Below, piece after piece: positions 1-8,675 of a DNA stretch of 64,000 nt; the stretch's first letter is position 1; every line of letters begins with the position of its first letter. This DNA comes from a virus: IMG/VR virus record IMGVR_UViG_3300036985_007703, positions 96,001-160,000 of that record; one strand, written 5' to 3'. Below the pieces are notes generated by a model. It was given only the letters and a program-made list of their open reading frames with translations. It was not told the origin of the DNA and ran no database searches. A program made the translations under genes and the position numbers.

Positions 1-144
1 CGCGGGGGGCTCGAACGGCGTGTAGAACCGCACGTAGGCGTCCGCCTCGCTGTCGAATACGTACTCCTCGGCCATGCGGCGCATGGGCGAGGAGACCGGC
101 GCCTGGAGCGTCCGCAGCGTGTTGCCCTTCCCGAGATCCGCCAT
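1..144 (-). CDS. 5' part of the gene after the tape measure (probably baseplate/tail; runs off the window edge)
   Basis: ATG at 144 just after the tape-measure stop with GAGG upstream; frame open to the edge (MADLGKGNTLRTLQAPVSS...). Function from position only. Confidence 0.5.
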   Translation of the reverse strand, partial: MADLGKGNTLRTLQAPVSSPMRRMAEEYVFDSEADAYVRFYTPFEPPA

Positions 145-152
145 CGCCTACC

Positions 153-3100
153 TCACTTCGGCGGGGGCGCCGCCGCCCCGTTGCCCTGCGGGATCTGCGC
201 CCACCCGCTGCCCGCCCCCGGCGTCCAGCCCTTGAGCCCCGCCGTGTTGTCCTTGATCTCCGTGAGCACCTTGCGCGTCTCCACGCCATCCAACACCACC
301 GCGTTGATGACCCCGTAGAGCCCGCTCATGTCGAGGCTCGACTTGAGGACCTTCTTGTCGTCCTCGGTCAAGATGCCCGCATACTGCGCCGTGATCTTCC
401 CGAAGATCTCCTGGTTGATCGGGCTGTTCTTGAACTCCTCCAAGGCCTTGGCCTGGAAGGCGTCGATCGCGAACACGGCCGACTGCTCCAGCACCGTCGC
501 GAAGCCCGTCTCGAAGGAGGCCTGCGCCCCCGTGATGCCGTCCATGAGGCACTCCAGGACGTTCGCGCCGGCGTCCCATAGCACGTAGCCCGACAGCGGC
601 CCCTCCTTCGGGGGGCTGTTGCCGAAGATCTGGTTGCCAATGCTCTTCGTGAAGGTGTCCCCCACCGTCTTCGTCATCTGCGGCTCGGCCTCGACCACCC
701 CCTTGCCGACCTCGCCCAGGATCGTGATGCCCGCCGCCGCGGCCTTCGCGATCAGCTCCTGCGAGGGCCCCGCCACGCTCTGCCCATAGGCCTCGGCGAG
801 CCGCACCTGCAGGTTGTTCGCCTGAATCATCATCTGGTCGATGTCGGCCTGGCCCTTGGCGGCCCACGCCTTCTGCAGCGTGTCGAGCTGCTCGTACCGG
901 AACTGGTCCTTGCGCTGCTGGATCTGCCACGGGGCGAAGTCCTTGCTCCCGAACTCCCCCGCCTTCTCCTTCGCCGCGGCCTTCTGCTCGATCTCCGCGG
1001 CCTGCATCTGGAAGGCCGGCAGCGCCTGGACCTTGGAGAAGGTCGCCGCCATGCGGCCCATGTCGATCTTCTGCCCCGAGACCCCGCTGACGTAGTTGCT
1101 CCCCTTCAGGCGCCCCGTCTCGCCCGCGTAGTCCTTCTGGGTGCGTAGGGCGCTCTTGAGCGTCTGGTCCATCTTGGTCACGTCGCCCGTGGTGCCCGTC
1201 CGCCCAAAGTCCTCGGTGATGTTCTGCCGGTCGATGCGCGTGGCCTCCTGGAGGCCCTTAACCTTCTTGTACTGCGCGTCGATCTTCGCCTCGGCCTTGG
1301 CAATCTGCTCGTCGAGCCCCTTGTTCAGGTAGTCAAACCACGCGTTGATCGCCACCACGCCGATCCCCGTGATGATCCCCGCGAGCCCGAGCAGGCCGGG
1401 GCTCGCCTGGGCCGCGGCCCCGATCCCGTTGAACGCCAGGCCCAGGGCGCCCCCCACCACCTTCGTGATGAGCGTCCCCACGCCGGGGATCTGCGCGGCG
1501 AGGCCCCCGACCACCCCCACCATCGCGACCTTCCCGAGGACGCCCGCGTTGTCCCACATCTTGCCGAAGAACTCCTTGAGCTTGGCAATCCCCTGGTCGA
1601 TGGGGCCGCCCTCGCTCGTGAGGTAGGCCCACGCGTCCTCCCCCGCCTTCGCGATGGCCGGCCACACCGACTCCTTGAACCACTTGGTGAAGTCCGTCCA
1701 CCCCGCCTTCACGTGCGGCACGATCTTGTCCCAGACCGCCCACGCCTGCTCCTTGATCTTCACCCACATGGGCTCGAACTGCTTCCAAATCTCGTCCCGC
1801 GTGGCCTGCGGCAGCATGAACCACCCCGCGATGCCCCCGACGATCCCCGCGAAGGGCCCCATGCCCAGGGTCTCCATGAGCGGCGCGATCGACTCGCGGA
1901 CCTTGCCCACGCCGTCCATCGCCAGCTCCAGGCCGATCCCGAACTTCTGGGCCTCCTTGGTGTTCATCCCCATCTGCTTGCCGAAGTGGAGCATCACCCC
2001 CTTGGCGCCCATCTGGTCGAACACGCTGTAGGCCTTGATGAGCGGCCCCCACGTGGCGTCGCTGGCCATCAGCTTGGCCTGCTTGCCCATCTCCTTGTAG
2101 CTCGCGATCTCCTCCTTCACGAACCCCTTGACCTCGGGGCGCGTGATCGCGCGGATGCGCGTCTGGAACATCTCCTTGGCCATGTCGAGGCCCTCCTGCA
2201 GGGTGCGCCCGCTGGAATAGGAGTCGTTCGCGAACTTCTTGAGGGCCCCGTCCGCCTTGACCGTGGCCGTGCTCATCTTCGCCAGGGCGTCCGCGCCCTG
2301 CGTCGTGCTCATGGCCAGGTAGACCGCGTTGCTGCCGGCCTCCCCGAAGGTCTCCGTGAGGTCGCCGAGGACCGCAGCGTCGAGCTGCTTCCCGCTCGCC
2401 TGCGCGGCCTTCATCCACTTGCCCATCTCGGCCATGCCGGCCGCGGAGTCCTGCGAGCCGAGGGCGATCATGCGCATCGCCTCCTCGGTCCCCATCCCGA
2501 GGGCGCTGAGCTTCGTGAAGATGTCCGGCATCTCCCCGAGGCCGAGCTGCGCGCGCTCCACCGCCACCTGCCACTCGAGGAACTTGTTGGATGTCTCCGA
2601 GGCCGCCTTCGAGGCCTCCTCCCCGCTGAGCCCCATCTGGTGGTAGGCCCCCGCGAGGCGCACCGAGGCCTGCACCGTGCTCTGGATCTCGTCCGCCGAG
2701 CGCATGTGCGTGGCCACCTGCTTGGCGAGGATCGTGTTGAGGCCGCCCATCTGCTCGCCCATCTGGGTGAACATCTGCGCGCCGATCCCGCCCTGGTTGC
2801 CCATGGCGACCATGTACTCCAAGGTCTGCTTGGCCTGCTTGCCCGTGAAGCCCCACGACGCCACGAGGTCCCCGCCCAGGGCCCCGAGCTGCTCCGTGGC
2901 CATGCCCGTGCCCTCGGCGAGCTTCACGAACTCCTGCGTGCTCATCCCCAGCTCCTTGAACACGCTCTTCGAGGCCTCGCCCGCGTTGCGCAGGGCCCCC
3001 ATCGTCTTGACGACGGTCTCCACGCCCACGTTCATGCCGTAGGCCATGCCCGAGGCCTGCCCCGTGAGCTTCTTTAGCTCCGCCCCCGTGACGCCCATCA

Positions 3101-3479
3101 TCGCCAGGGCGGGCCGCGCCTGCTGCGCGTAGCTCGCCCCGATGCTCTCCATGCTATTGCTGAGGTTCCCGCTGTCCTGCGTGAGGCTGCGGACGCCGCT
3201 CGCGATCGTCGAGAGGTTGAAGCTGTTGACGCGGTTCCTGACGCTATTGGAGAAGGCCCCCGCGAGGCCCTTGGCCATGCCCCCCACCCCCAACGCGGCC
3301 CGGCCCGCGCCGCCCGCCACGGCCTTGAGGGCCCCCGCGAGCTTGCCCCCCGCCGCGAGGCCGTTCTGCGTGGCCAACCCCTTGTTGATCTTGGTGATCG
3401 AGTCGAGCGCGGACCCCATGGCCCGGCCCATGCCGTCGTCCCGCGCCCCAAAGCTAAAGGCGAACCCGAGCTTGGCCAT
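153..3479 (-). CDS. tail tape measure protein
   Basis: 1108 aa, Ala/Gly/Met-rich and helical, with Trp-spaced repeats and hydrophobic segments; directly follows the frameshifted chaperone pair. Confidence 0.9.
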   Translation of the reverse strand: MAKLGFAFSFGARDDGMGRAMGSALDSITKINKGLATQNGLAAGGKLAGALKAVAGGAGRAALGVGGMAKGLAGAFSNSVRNRVNSFNLSTIASGVRSLTQDSGNLSNSMESIGASYAQQARPALAMMGVTGAELKKLTGQASGMAYGMNVGVETVVKTMGALRNAGEASKSVFKELGMSTQEFVKLAEGTGMATEQLGALGGDLVASWGFTGKQAKQTLEYMVAMGNQGGIGAQMFTQMGEQMGGLNTILAKQVATHMRSADEIQSTVQASVRLAGAYHQMGLSGEEASKAASETSNKFLEWQVAVERAQLGLGEMPDIFTKLSALGMGTEEAMRMIALGSQDSAAGMAEMGKWMKAAQASGKQLDAAVLGDLTETFGEAGSNAVYLAMSTTQGADALAKMSTATVKADGALKKFANDSYSSGRTLQEGLDMAKEMFQTRIRAITRPEVKGFVKEEIASYKEMGKQAKLMASDATWGPLIKAYSVFDQMGAKGVMLHFGKQMGMNTKEAQKFGIGLELAMDGVGKVRESIAPLMETLGMGPFAGIVGGIAGWFMLPQATRDEIWKQFEPMWVKIKEQAWAVWDKIVPHVKAGWTDFTKWFKESVWPAIAKAGEDAWAYLTSEGGPIDQGIAKLKEFFGKMWDNAGVLGKVAMVGVVGGLAAQIPGVGTLITKVVGGALGLAFNGIGAAAQASPGLLGLAGIITGIGVVAINAWFDYLNKGLDEQIAKAEAKIDAQYKKVKGLQEATRIDRQNITEDFGRTGTTGDVTKMDQTLKSALRTQKDYAGETGRLKGSNYVSGVSGQKIDMGRMAATFSKVQALPAFQMQAAEIEQKAAAKEKAGEFGSKDFAPWQIQQRKDQFRYEQLDTLQKAWAAKGQADIDQMMIQANNLQVRLAEAYGQSVAGPSQELIAKAAAAGITILGEVGKGVVEAEPQMTKTVGDTFTKSIGNQIFGNSPPKEGPLSGYVLWDAGANVLECLMDGITGAQASFETGFATVLEQSAVFAIDAFQAKALEEFKNSPINQEIFGKITAQYAGILTEDDKKVLKSSLDMSGLYGVINAVVLDGVETRKVLTEIKDNTAGLKGWTPGAGSGWAQIPQGNGAAAPPPK

Positions 3480-3500
3480 CGTACCCTCTCCGCCCCCGGT

Positions 3501-3518
3501 TGCGCATGCGCATGCGCG
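3501..3518. repeat. 18-bp palindromic motif copy 1 (TGCGCATGCGCATGCGCG), intergenic upstream of tape measure
   Basis: Read directly; one of 11 copies. Confidence 0.9.
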
Positions 3519-3521
3519 GCC

Positions 3522-3725
3522 CTATCGCCGCCGCCGTGCTCGCGCCGTGTTCGCCTCGCGCTGCCCCGCGCGCCGCTGCTCCATCTCCATCTTCTCCCGC
3601 AGCAGCCGCTGGCGCCGGCTGTAGGGCATCGCCATCGCGTCGGTGTAGTTCAACCCCATGTGTTCGATGAGGGAGAACACATCCGACTCTAGCGCCCCGA
3701 CGCTGCCGACGGGAAGAAAAAACCC
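3522..3725 (-). CDS. tail assembly chaperone -1 frameshift extension (lambda gpGT-like)
   Basis: The -1 frame after GGGTTTT reads GFFLPVGSVGALESDVFSLIEHMGLNYTDAMAMPYSRRQRLL, typical of chaperone extensions; stops just before the tape measure. Confidence 0.8.
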   Translation of the reverse strand, partial: GFFLPVGSVGALESDVFSLIEHMGLNYTDAMAMPYSRRQRLLREKMEMEQRRAGQREANTARARRRR

Positions 3726-4552
3726 GGCTGTGACACGTCCAGGCTCGCCGTCCACTCGTGCTCGCACGCCGCGCACGCGAACTCCACCTTGTCGTCGATC
3801 CCGCCCTCGCGCTCGTCGAACGCGACCCGCAGGCGCTCGCGGTCCCGCAGGGGCAGCGCCTTGAGCGCCCGGAGGGTCTCCGCCCACCCGCGGTCGCGGT
3901 CCAGGGGCCGCCCATCCACGTGCGTCACGCGGGCCGCCAGCGACAGCGTGGCGAGGTCGTCATCGCTGCCCTTGCGCTTACGCGCCGCCCACTCCTCGTC
4001 CTCCACCCCCATCACGCGCCACACCGCGGTGCGCCCGCTGGGGAGGGGCTCCTCGAAGATCCGCACCGCGCGATCCGGCATCGCCGTGATCGCCAGCTCG
4101 CTGAGGTCCACCGCAAACGGGGTCTCCTTCCCGCACTTCGGGCAGACCACCCGCATGTCGTAAAGGTCGCCCAGGGAAGCCCGCCGCACCGCGATCAGCA
4201 GCACCGAGCGGTCCATCGAGGTCAAGACGTGCGCCACCCCCCGCAGGGCCCCGCGCCCCGTGAGGGTCCCCAGCTGCACCAGGCAGTTGCCGATCATGCG
4301 GTTCAACCGCGCGATCACCGGCCCCTTGCCCGCCAGAATGTCCTCCTCCGTGCCCGACATCTCCTGCACGATATACGTGAAGTGGATCTGGCCCTCCGCG
4401 TCGATGTGCCCGCACGGCAGCTCGCCGCCGATCGTCGCCGCGCGCGGGTCGTGCAGGTTCACGCCCGCCTTCCCCTGCTCGACCACGGGCGCCGGCGCCG
4501 GCCCCGCTCCTTGCTCCGCTGGCTGCTCTTCCACGTGCTGCTCCGTCATCAT
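3689..4552 (-). CDS. tail assembly chaperone (T4 gp26-like baseplate hub/chaperone type, two CxxC pairs)
   Basis: EMSGTEEDIL, DRSVLLIAVRRASLG, CPKCG, CAAC and C-terminal GFFFP; lies upstream of the tape measure. Confidence 0.8.
   Translation of the reverse strand: MMTEQHVEEQPAEQGAGPAPAPVVEQGKAGVNLHDPRAATIGGELPCGHIDAEGQIHFTYIVQEMSGTEEDILAGKGPVIARLNRMIGNCLVQLGTLTGRGALRGVAHVLTSMDRSVLLIAVRRASLGDLYDMRVVCPKCGKETPFAVDLSELAITAMPDRAVRIFEEPLPSGRTAVWRVMGVEDEEWAARKRKGSDDDLATLSLAARVTHVDGRPLDRDRGWAETLRALKALPLRDRERLRVAFDEREGGIDDKVEFACAACEHEWTASLDVSQPGFFFPSAASGR
3719..3725 (-). promoter_or_regulatory. programmed -1 ribosomal frameshift slippery site G GGT TTT
   Basis: X XXY YYZ heptamer in the correct frame near the end of the chaperone ORF (CCG GGT TTT TTC). 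Confidence 0.8.
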
Positions 4553-4755
4553 GCTCCGCCTTCCGCTGGTTGCTTCTCCTCAGTCAACATGGTCGGGGCC
4601 CCCACCGCCCGCAGCCGCGCCTCGACCGCGCGTTCCTCCAGGCAGTACGCGTACATGCGCTCCCGCACCACATCGGAGACCGTGCGCCCGGACCGCGCCG
4701 CGTGCCGCGTCAGCTCCTCGTAGATGTCCTGCTTGATCTCGACGTTTAACCGCAT
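4549..4755 (-). CDS. ribbon-helix-helix (CopG/Arc-like) DNA-binding protein
   Basis: MRLNVEIKQDIYEELTRHAARSGRTVSDVVRERM fits the beta-helix-G-x-S-helix pattern; AGGAG RBS. Confidence 0.75.
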   Translation of the reverse strand: MRLNVEIKQDIYEELTRHAARSGRTVSDVVRERMYAYCLEERAVEARLRAVGAPTMLTEEKQPAEGGA

Positions 4756-4774
4756 GGTGGGGCTCCTTGTGTCG

Positions 4775-4803
4775 ATCTTACTCAAGGCCCCCGCCGCCCG
4801 CAA
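4775..4803 (-). promoter_or_regulatory. putative sigma70-type promoter TTGCGG-N17-TAAGAT
   Basis: Intergenic, just upstream of the RHH gene RBS. Confidence 0.5.
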
Positions 4804-4813
4804 GTTTGTGGGA

Positions 4814-5794
4814 TCAGGCCTGCGCCACCGGCTGCTGTTGGGCGCGCCCCGCCGCCGCCTCGCGGTCGATTGCCGCCCCGCGCTTGGTCAGCTCCGCATC
4901 CGCGGCCTTCGCGCGCTGCTTCGCCGCCGCCTTGGCCTTCAGGCGCTCCTTCGCCGCCGCCGCATCCCGCTTGGTGGGCGCCGCGGCCTTCTTCTTGGCG
5001 CCCTGGCTCGCCAGCGCCTTGGCCGCGTGCTTGCTCGGGCCCGTGCCCCCACCAGCCCGGTGCTTGGCGATCAGCTTGAGGGCCGCCGCCGCCGCCTTCA
5101 CGCGCTTCGCATCGCCCCGCCCCATGCCCTGCTGCATCATGGAGAGGGCCCGCACCAGCTCCTTGTCGCCGCCCTTGCGTGCCGCCTTCAGCGCCTTGCC
5201 CACCTTCGCGGTGGTCTCCTGCGCCTTCGCCGTCTGGTAGGCCGCGTGGACCGTGCGCGCGCTCGCCGCCACGCCCCGCCCCAACGTCTTGAGCCCGCGC
5301 CCCGTGGCCCGCAGGGCCTTGCCGAAGCGCGACTTCATGAGCTGCTTGCCCTTCTTCTTGAGGGCCTTCTTGACCACCTTGAGCTTGTGCTTGCCCCGCC
5401 GCTTGAGGGCCGCCGCCTTGCCGCCCAGCACCGCGATCTTGTGCCGCATCTCGGGCGACATCGCGTCCTTGGCCGCGCCCCAGCCCTTCTTGGCCAGCCG
5501 CGCCGTGCCCTGGGCCGCCGCCTTGCCCACCGCGGCCCCCGCCCGGCCCAGCCCCTTGGCCGCCGCCTGGCCGAGGATGCCCGCCATGCGCGTCCCCACG
5601 CCCTCGTCAAGTTGCTGGCCCGCCGGCGTCAGGGCCTCCACGCGCACGAGCCCCTTGCGCATGCGCATGCGCGCCCCGCGCCCCGGCAGCGCCCCCGCCG
5701 CCACGAGCCCCGGCCGGATCGTCCCCGGCCGCTTGCGGGGCATCCGGCTCCCCAGCGGCACGGGGACCCCCGCCACGTTTGCGCTCGTGATCAC
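4814..5794 (-). CDS. Lys/Ala/Arg-rich histone H1-like protein, putative internal head protein
   Basis: 326 aa, extremely basic (KKALKKKGKQLMK, AKKKAAAPTK); candidate protease sites VRVE/A and QLDE/G. Confidence 0.7.
   Translation of the reverse strand: MITSANVAGVPVPLGSRMPRKRPGTIRPGLVAAGALPGRGARMRMRKGLVRVEALTPAGQQLDEGVGTRMAGILGQAAAKGLGRAGAAVGKAAAQGTARLAKKGWGAAKDAMSPEMRHKIAVLGGKAAALKRRGKHKLKVVKKALKKKGKQLMKSRFGKALRATGRGLKTLGRGVAASARTVHAAYQTAKAQETTAKVGKALKAARKGGDKELVRALSMMQQGMGRGDAKRVKAAAAALKLIAKHRAGGGTGPSKHAAKALASQGAKKKAAAPTKRDAAAAKERLKAKAAAKQRAKAADAELTKRGAAIDREAAAGRAQQQPVAQA
5656..5673. repeat. 18-bp palindromic motif copy 2 (in CDS, encodes RMRMR)
   Basis: TGCGCATGCGCATGCGCG. Confidence 0.9.
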
Positions 5795-6141
5795 GGGACG
5801 CCCTCAGCCCCGATCGGCTGTAGGACCACAATGGCCCCGCGCCGGTCGCGCTCCACGACGGCCCGCCAGCCGGCCTCGCGCTCGAAGCGCCGCGCCACCT
5901 GCCGCGCCACCGCCGCCGCGTCGTGCCCCTCCAGGACCGCCCGCAGGCCGCCCCCCTCCTCGATGAAGCGGCAGGCGCGGCCCTTGGTCGCGCGCTCCGC
6001 CTCCATGCGTAGGAGGCGCCCCACGCGCCGCTCCTCGGGGCCCAACCCCGTCGACAGCACCGGGGCCACGGTCTCGTGGGCCCGCACGGCCCGTGGGGTC
6101 GCCACGATCTCGCGCAGCTTCGATGATAGCCGTCCGCGCAT
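5791..6141 (-). CDS. hypothetical protein with leader-like N-terminus (MRGRLSSKLREIVA)
   Basis: ATG at 6141 with GAGG RBS; stop overlaps the next start (GTGA). Confidence 0.6.
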   Translation of the reverse strand: MRGRLSSKLREIVATPRAVRAHETVAPVLSTGLGPEERRVGRLLRMEAERATKGRACRFIEEGGGLRAVLEGHDAAAVARQVARRFEREAGWRAVVERDRRGAIVVLQPIGAEGVP

Positions 6142-6167
6142 GGTCACCTCGTGCGCCCGCAGGCGCG

Positions 6168-6971
6168 CTACTTCTTCGCCTTCGCCCGCCGCGCCAAGAC
6201 GCCCTTCATCCCCTTCTTGGCCGACTTGCGGAACTTCCCGCTCTTCTTCGTCCAGCCGGGCCGCGCCGGGGACCCGCCCCAGGGCCCGCTCCCATCCTGC
6301 GGGTAGAACACGTGCTTGCCCCCCACGGTGCGCCACACGCCCTTCTTGCCCGGAGGCTTCACGTTCCACACCTTGCCGCCCTTGCCGCTCGGCGTCGTGC
6401 TCCACCCCGGCGTCTTGTACTCCGCGAGGATGCCCGTCAGGGCCTCGCTCAGGCACCGCCCCCCGTAGGTGCGGGCCTCGTGCTTCTTCTTGCCCCGCCC
6501 AATGCCGGGGAGCCCGAGCTGGCCCTTCTGCGGCATCACGCCGCGGGCCGCGCGGAACTTCCCGCCCTTGCCCGCCCAGCCCGGCCGGAACGGCGCGCCG
6601 CCCCAGGGGCCCTCGGGGACGTCCCCGCCCGGCTTGTCCGGGAAGAAGAGGCGCTTGCCGTTGACCGTCACCCACCGCCCGTCGACCGCGCCCTTGGGCC
6701 CCGGCATCGTGGCCTCGCCCCCGGCGCTCTTGCCGCTAGGGGCATCGCGGTCCTGCGCCATCTTCTTGCGCCGCAGCTGGCCCATCGGCGTGCTGTGGTA
6801 GTCGCCGACGGAGGGCGCGAGGGCCCGGTGCGCCGCCGCCCGCTTGCGGAACTCCGCGACCGGCACGCCCGCCGTCGTGCTCTGGTGCGCTGGCGCCTTG
6901 GCCTTGGCCGCCTTGCGCGCCTCGACCACCATCCCCCGCAAGCCCTCGATCAGCTGTCGCACTGTCCGCAT
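6168..6971 (-). CDS. basic leader-bearing protein with duplicated W-x-T-V-x-G-K module
   Basis: MRTVRQLIEGLRGMVVE/A; repeats GRWVTVNGKRLFFPD..GPWGG.P.RPGW and GVWRTVGGKHVFYPQ..GPWGG.P.RPGW; GGAGG RBS. Confidence 0.75.
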   Translation of the reverse strand: MRTVRQLIEGLRGMVVEARKAAKAKAPAHQSTTAGVPVAEFRKRAAAHRALAPSVGDYHSTPMGQLRRKKMAQDRDAPSGKSAGGEATMPGPKGAVDGRWVTVNGKRLFFPDKPGGDVPEGPWGGAPFRPGWAGKGGKFRAARGVMPQKGQLGLPGIGRGKKKHEARTYGGRCLSEALTGILAEYKTPGWSTTPSGKGGKVWNVKPPGKKGVWRTVGGKHVFYPQDGSGPWGGSPARPGWTKKSGKFRKSAKKGMKGVLARRAKAKK

Positions 6972-6983
6972 GGGGTCCTCCGT

Positions 6984-7280
6984 TCAATACTCGCTGTGGA
7001 TCTTATCGAAGTACACGATCTGGGAGTTGTTGCGCCCATCACGGCGCCGTTCTCCGGGTAATCCCATAAAGATCCGCACAAAGGCCCTGCCCGTCTTGGT
7101 CAGCGCCGCCGCCGTTTCAAGCTGCCGCTTTACGACCCCATCCTCGCCCATGACCAAGATCGTGTCGCCAGGCTCGTACTTCTTGTTGAACGCCGCCACA
7201 TCCTCCGCGTCCTCCGCGTTGCCCCGGATTGTGGCCTCCGCCAGCTGCCTAATCAGATCGCGCATCGTCCGCATGGTCAT
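6984..7280 (-). CDS. leader-bearing small protein
   Basis: MTMRTMRDLIRQLAE/A; GAGGAG RBS. Confidence 0.75.
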   Translation of the reverse strand: MTMRTMRDLIRQLAEATIRGNAEDAEDVAAFNKKYEPGDTILVMGEDGVVKRQLETAAALTKTGRAFVRIFMGLPGERRRDGRNNSQIVYFDKIHSEY

Positions 7281-7341
7281 CGCTCCTCGCGTCGGTCGTC
7301 CTCGTCTCGTTATAGCGCGCGCACCCGCCCCCGTCGCGCTT

Positions 7342-8007
7342 TTAGCCGCATCGCCCCATCACAAATTCCAACGGGTATCTCCCATCGGCGTGGTTCGCGA
7401 AGTCCCGGTGCGCGACCACGCCGGGCCCCGGAACCGCCGCCGGCCGCCGGTCCCAGCCGGGGATCTTCCGCAGCTTGGGCCCCAGCCCCGCCGTGGGGAA
7501 CGCCACCGGGATGCCCAGCGCCCCGCAGAGCCACGGCACCAGCGCCTTGAGCACCATGAGCTGCGTCGGCGTCGGCAGCACGTAGGCCTTGACCCCGCCC
7601 GCCGGCACCCACGTCCACCACTCCGCCGGGATCGTTGCCCCAAACGGCTTGCGCGCGTAGGCCGGCGCGTACGGATTGCATACCTCGATCCCGAGGCTCG
7701 TCGGGTTCACCTGGTTCGCGTGGACCATCACGGCCGCCCCGAGGTCCCCGTGGCAGCTCAGGCGCCCATCCGGCCCCAGGATGAGCTGGACGCCGTACCC
7801 CTTGCGGATCAGGGTGTCCTTGCACCCGCTCGCCGTGTTCCCGCAGGTCTCGTGCAGCACGAAGTGCTGGAGGGGCCGCACGCGGGCCTTGGCCTTGAAC
7901 GCGGGCTCCCCGTCGTCCAGGTAGTTCGCCGCGCTGCCCCCCGCCGCGCGCACGGCGTCCGGCAACGGCACGCGCGCCCCGAAGATGATCACCGCGTTCG
8001 ACGGCAT
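7342..8007 (-). CDS. N-acetylmuramoyl-L-alanine amidase (Amidase_2-type endolysin)
   Basis: FVLHET, HANQVNPTSLGIEVCN, PTPTQL and VVAHRDF...DG match the Zn-amidase motifs. Confidence 0.8.
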   Translation of the reverse strand: MPSNAVIIFGARVPLPDAVRAAGGSAANYLDDGEPAFKAKARVRPLQHFVLHETCGNTASGCKDTLIRKGYGVQLILGPDGRLSCHGDLGAAVMVHANQVNPTSLGIEVCNPYAPAYARKPFGATIPAEWWTWVPAGGVKAYVLPTPTQLMVLKALVPWLCGALGIPVAFPTAGLGPKLRKIPGWDRRPAAVPGPGVVAHRDFANHADGRYPLEFVMGRCG

Positions 8008-8673
8008 CTAGCGCCCCCGTCCCATGCGCTGGAACTTCTCCTCGCGGTCCGCCTCGGCCCACCCCTCGGGGTGCCGCTTGAGGTACTGCGTGACGTATAC
8101 CCGCGCCTTCGTCAGCATCTCGTCGATGGTCCTCCCATAGAGAGGGACGACCTGCGCCGCATCGCCAGTGGCGTTGTACGGCGACTCGTCATCATAGATA
8201 GACAGTTCCCACTCCTCTGCCGTGCGCCCCGGCAAGGCCTCAACATGCACCCCCGGCCGCGGCTCCGAGCGGAACCCCTTGCCCGTGCGCTGCGCCTGGA
8301 ACGTCACGACCCCCTCGGTCATGGCCCGCATGCCCCGCCCGGTCGCCTCGCGCACGGCCCGCCCCTTCTGCCCCAGGTACTTCAGGGTCACCTCGATCGC
8401 GGCCTCCTCGGCCTCGTCCTGCGTGAGCCCCTTCGCGAAGGCATGCCCGCCTACGATGCCGTCGGGGCTGTCCTCCGCGTCCACATCATCGAGGATCGTC
8501 GCGTGCCAACGGTCCGTCTGTGCGTAGTGCTCCAGCTCCACGCTGACCGTCTTCGTGGGCTTCGCCACCAGCTTCACGTCCGGGCCAAAGCTCGCGTTGC
8601 CCAGCTTTTCCGGCTTGAAGATGAACCGATAGCGCCCCGTGAGGCGCTCTAGCAACATGCGCATGGTGCCCAT
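8008..8673 (-). CDS. leader-bearing two-part protein
   Basis: MGTMRMLLE/RLTG; internal second leader-like segment GMRAMTE/G. Confidence 0.7.
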   Translation of the reverse strand: MGTMRMLLERLTGRYRFIFKPEKLGNASFGPDVKLVAKPTKTVSVELEHYAQTDRWHATILDDVDAEDSPDGIVGGHAFAKGLTQDEAEEAAIEVTLKYLGQKGRAVREATGRGMRAMTEGVVTFQAQRTGKGFRSEPRPGVHVEALPGRTAEEWELSIYDDESPYNATGDAAQVVPLYGRTIDEMLTKARVYVTQYLKRHPEGWAEADREEKFQRMGRGR

Positions 8674-8675
8674 GG

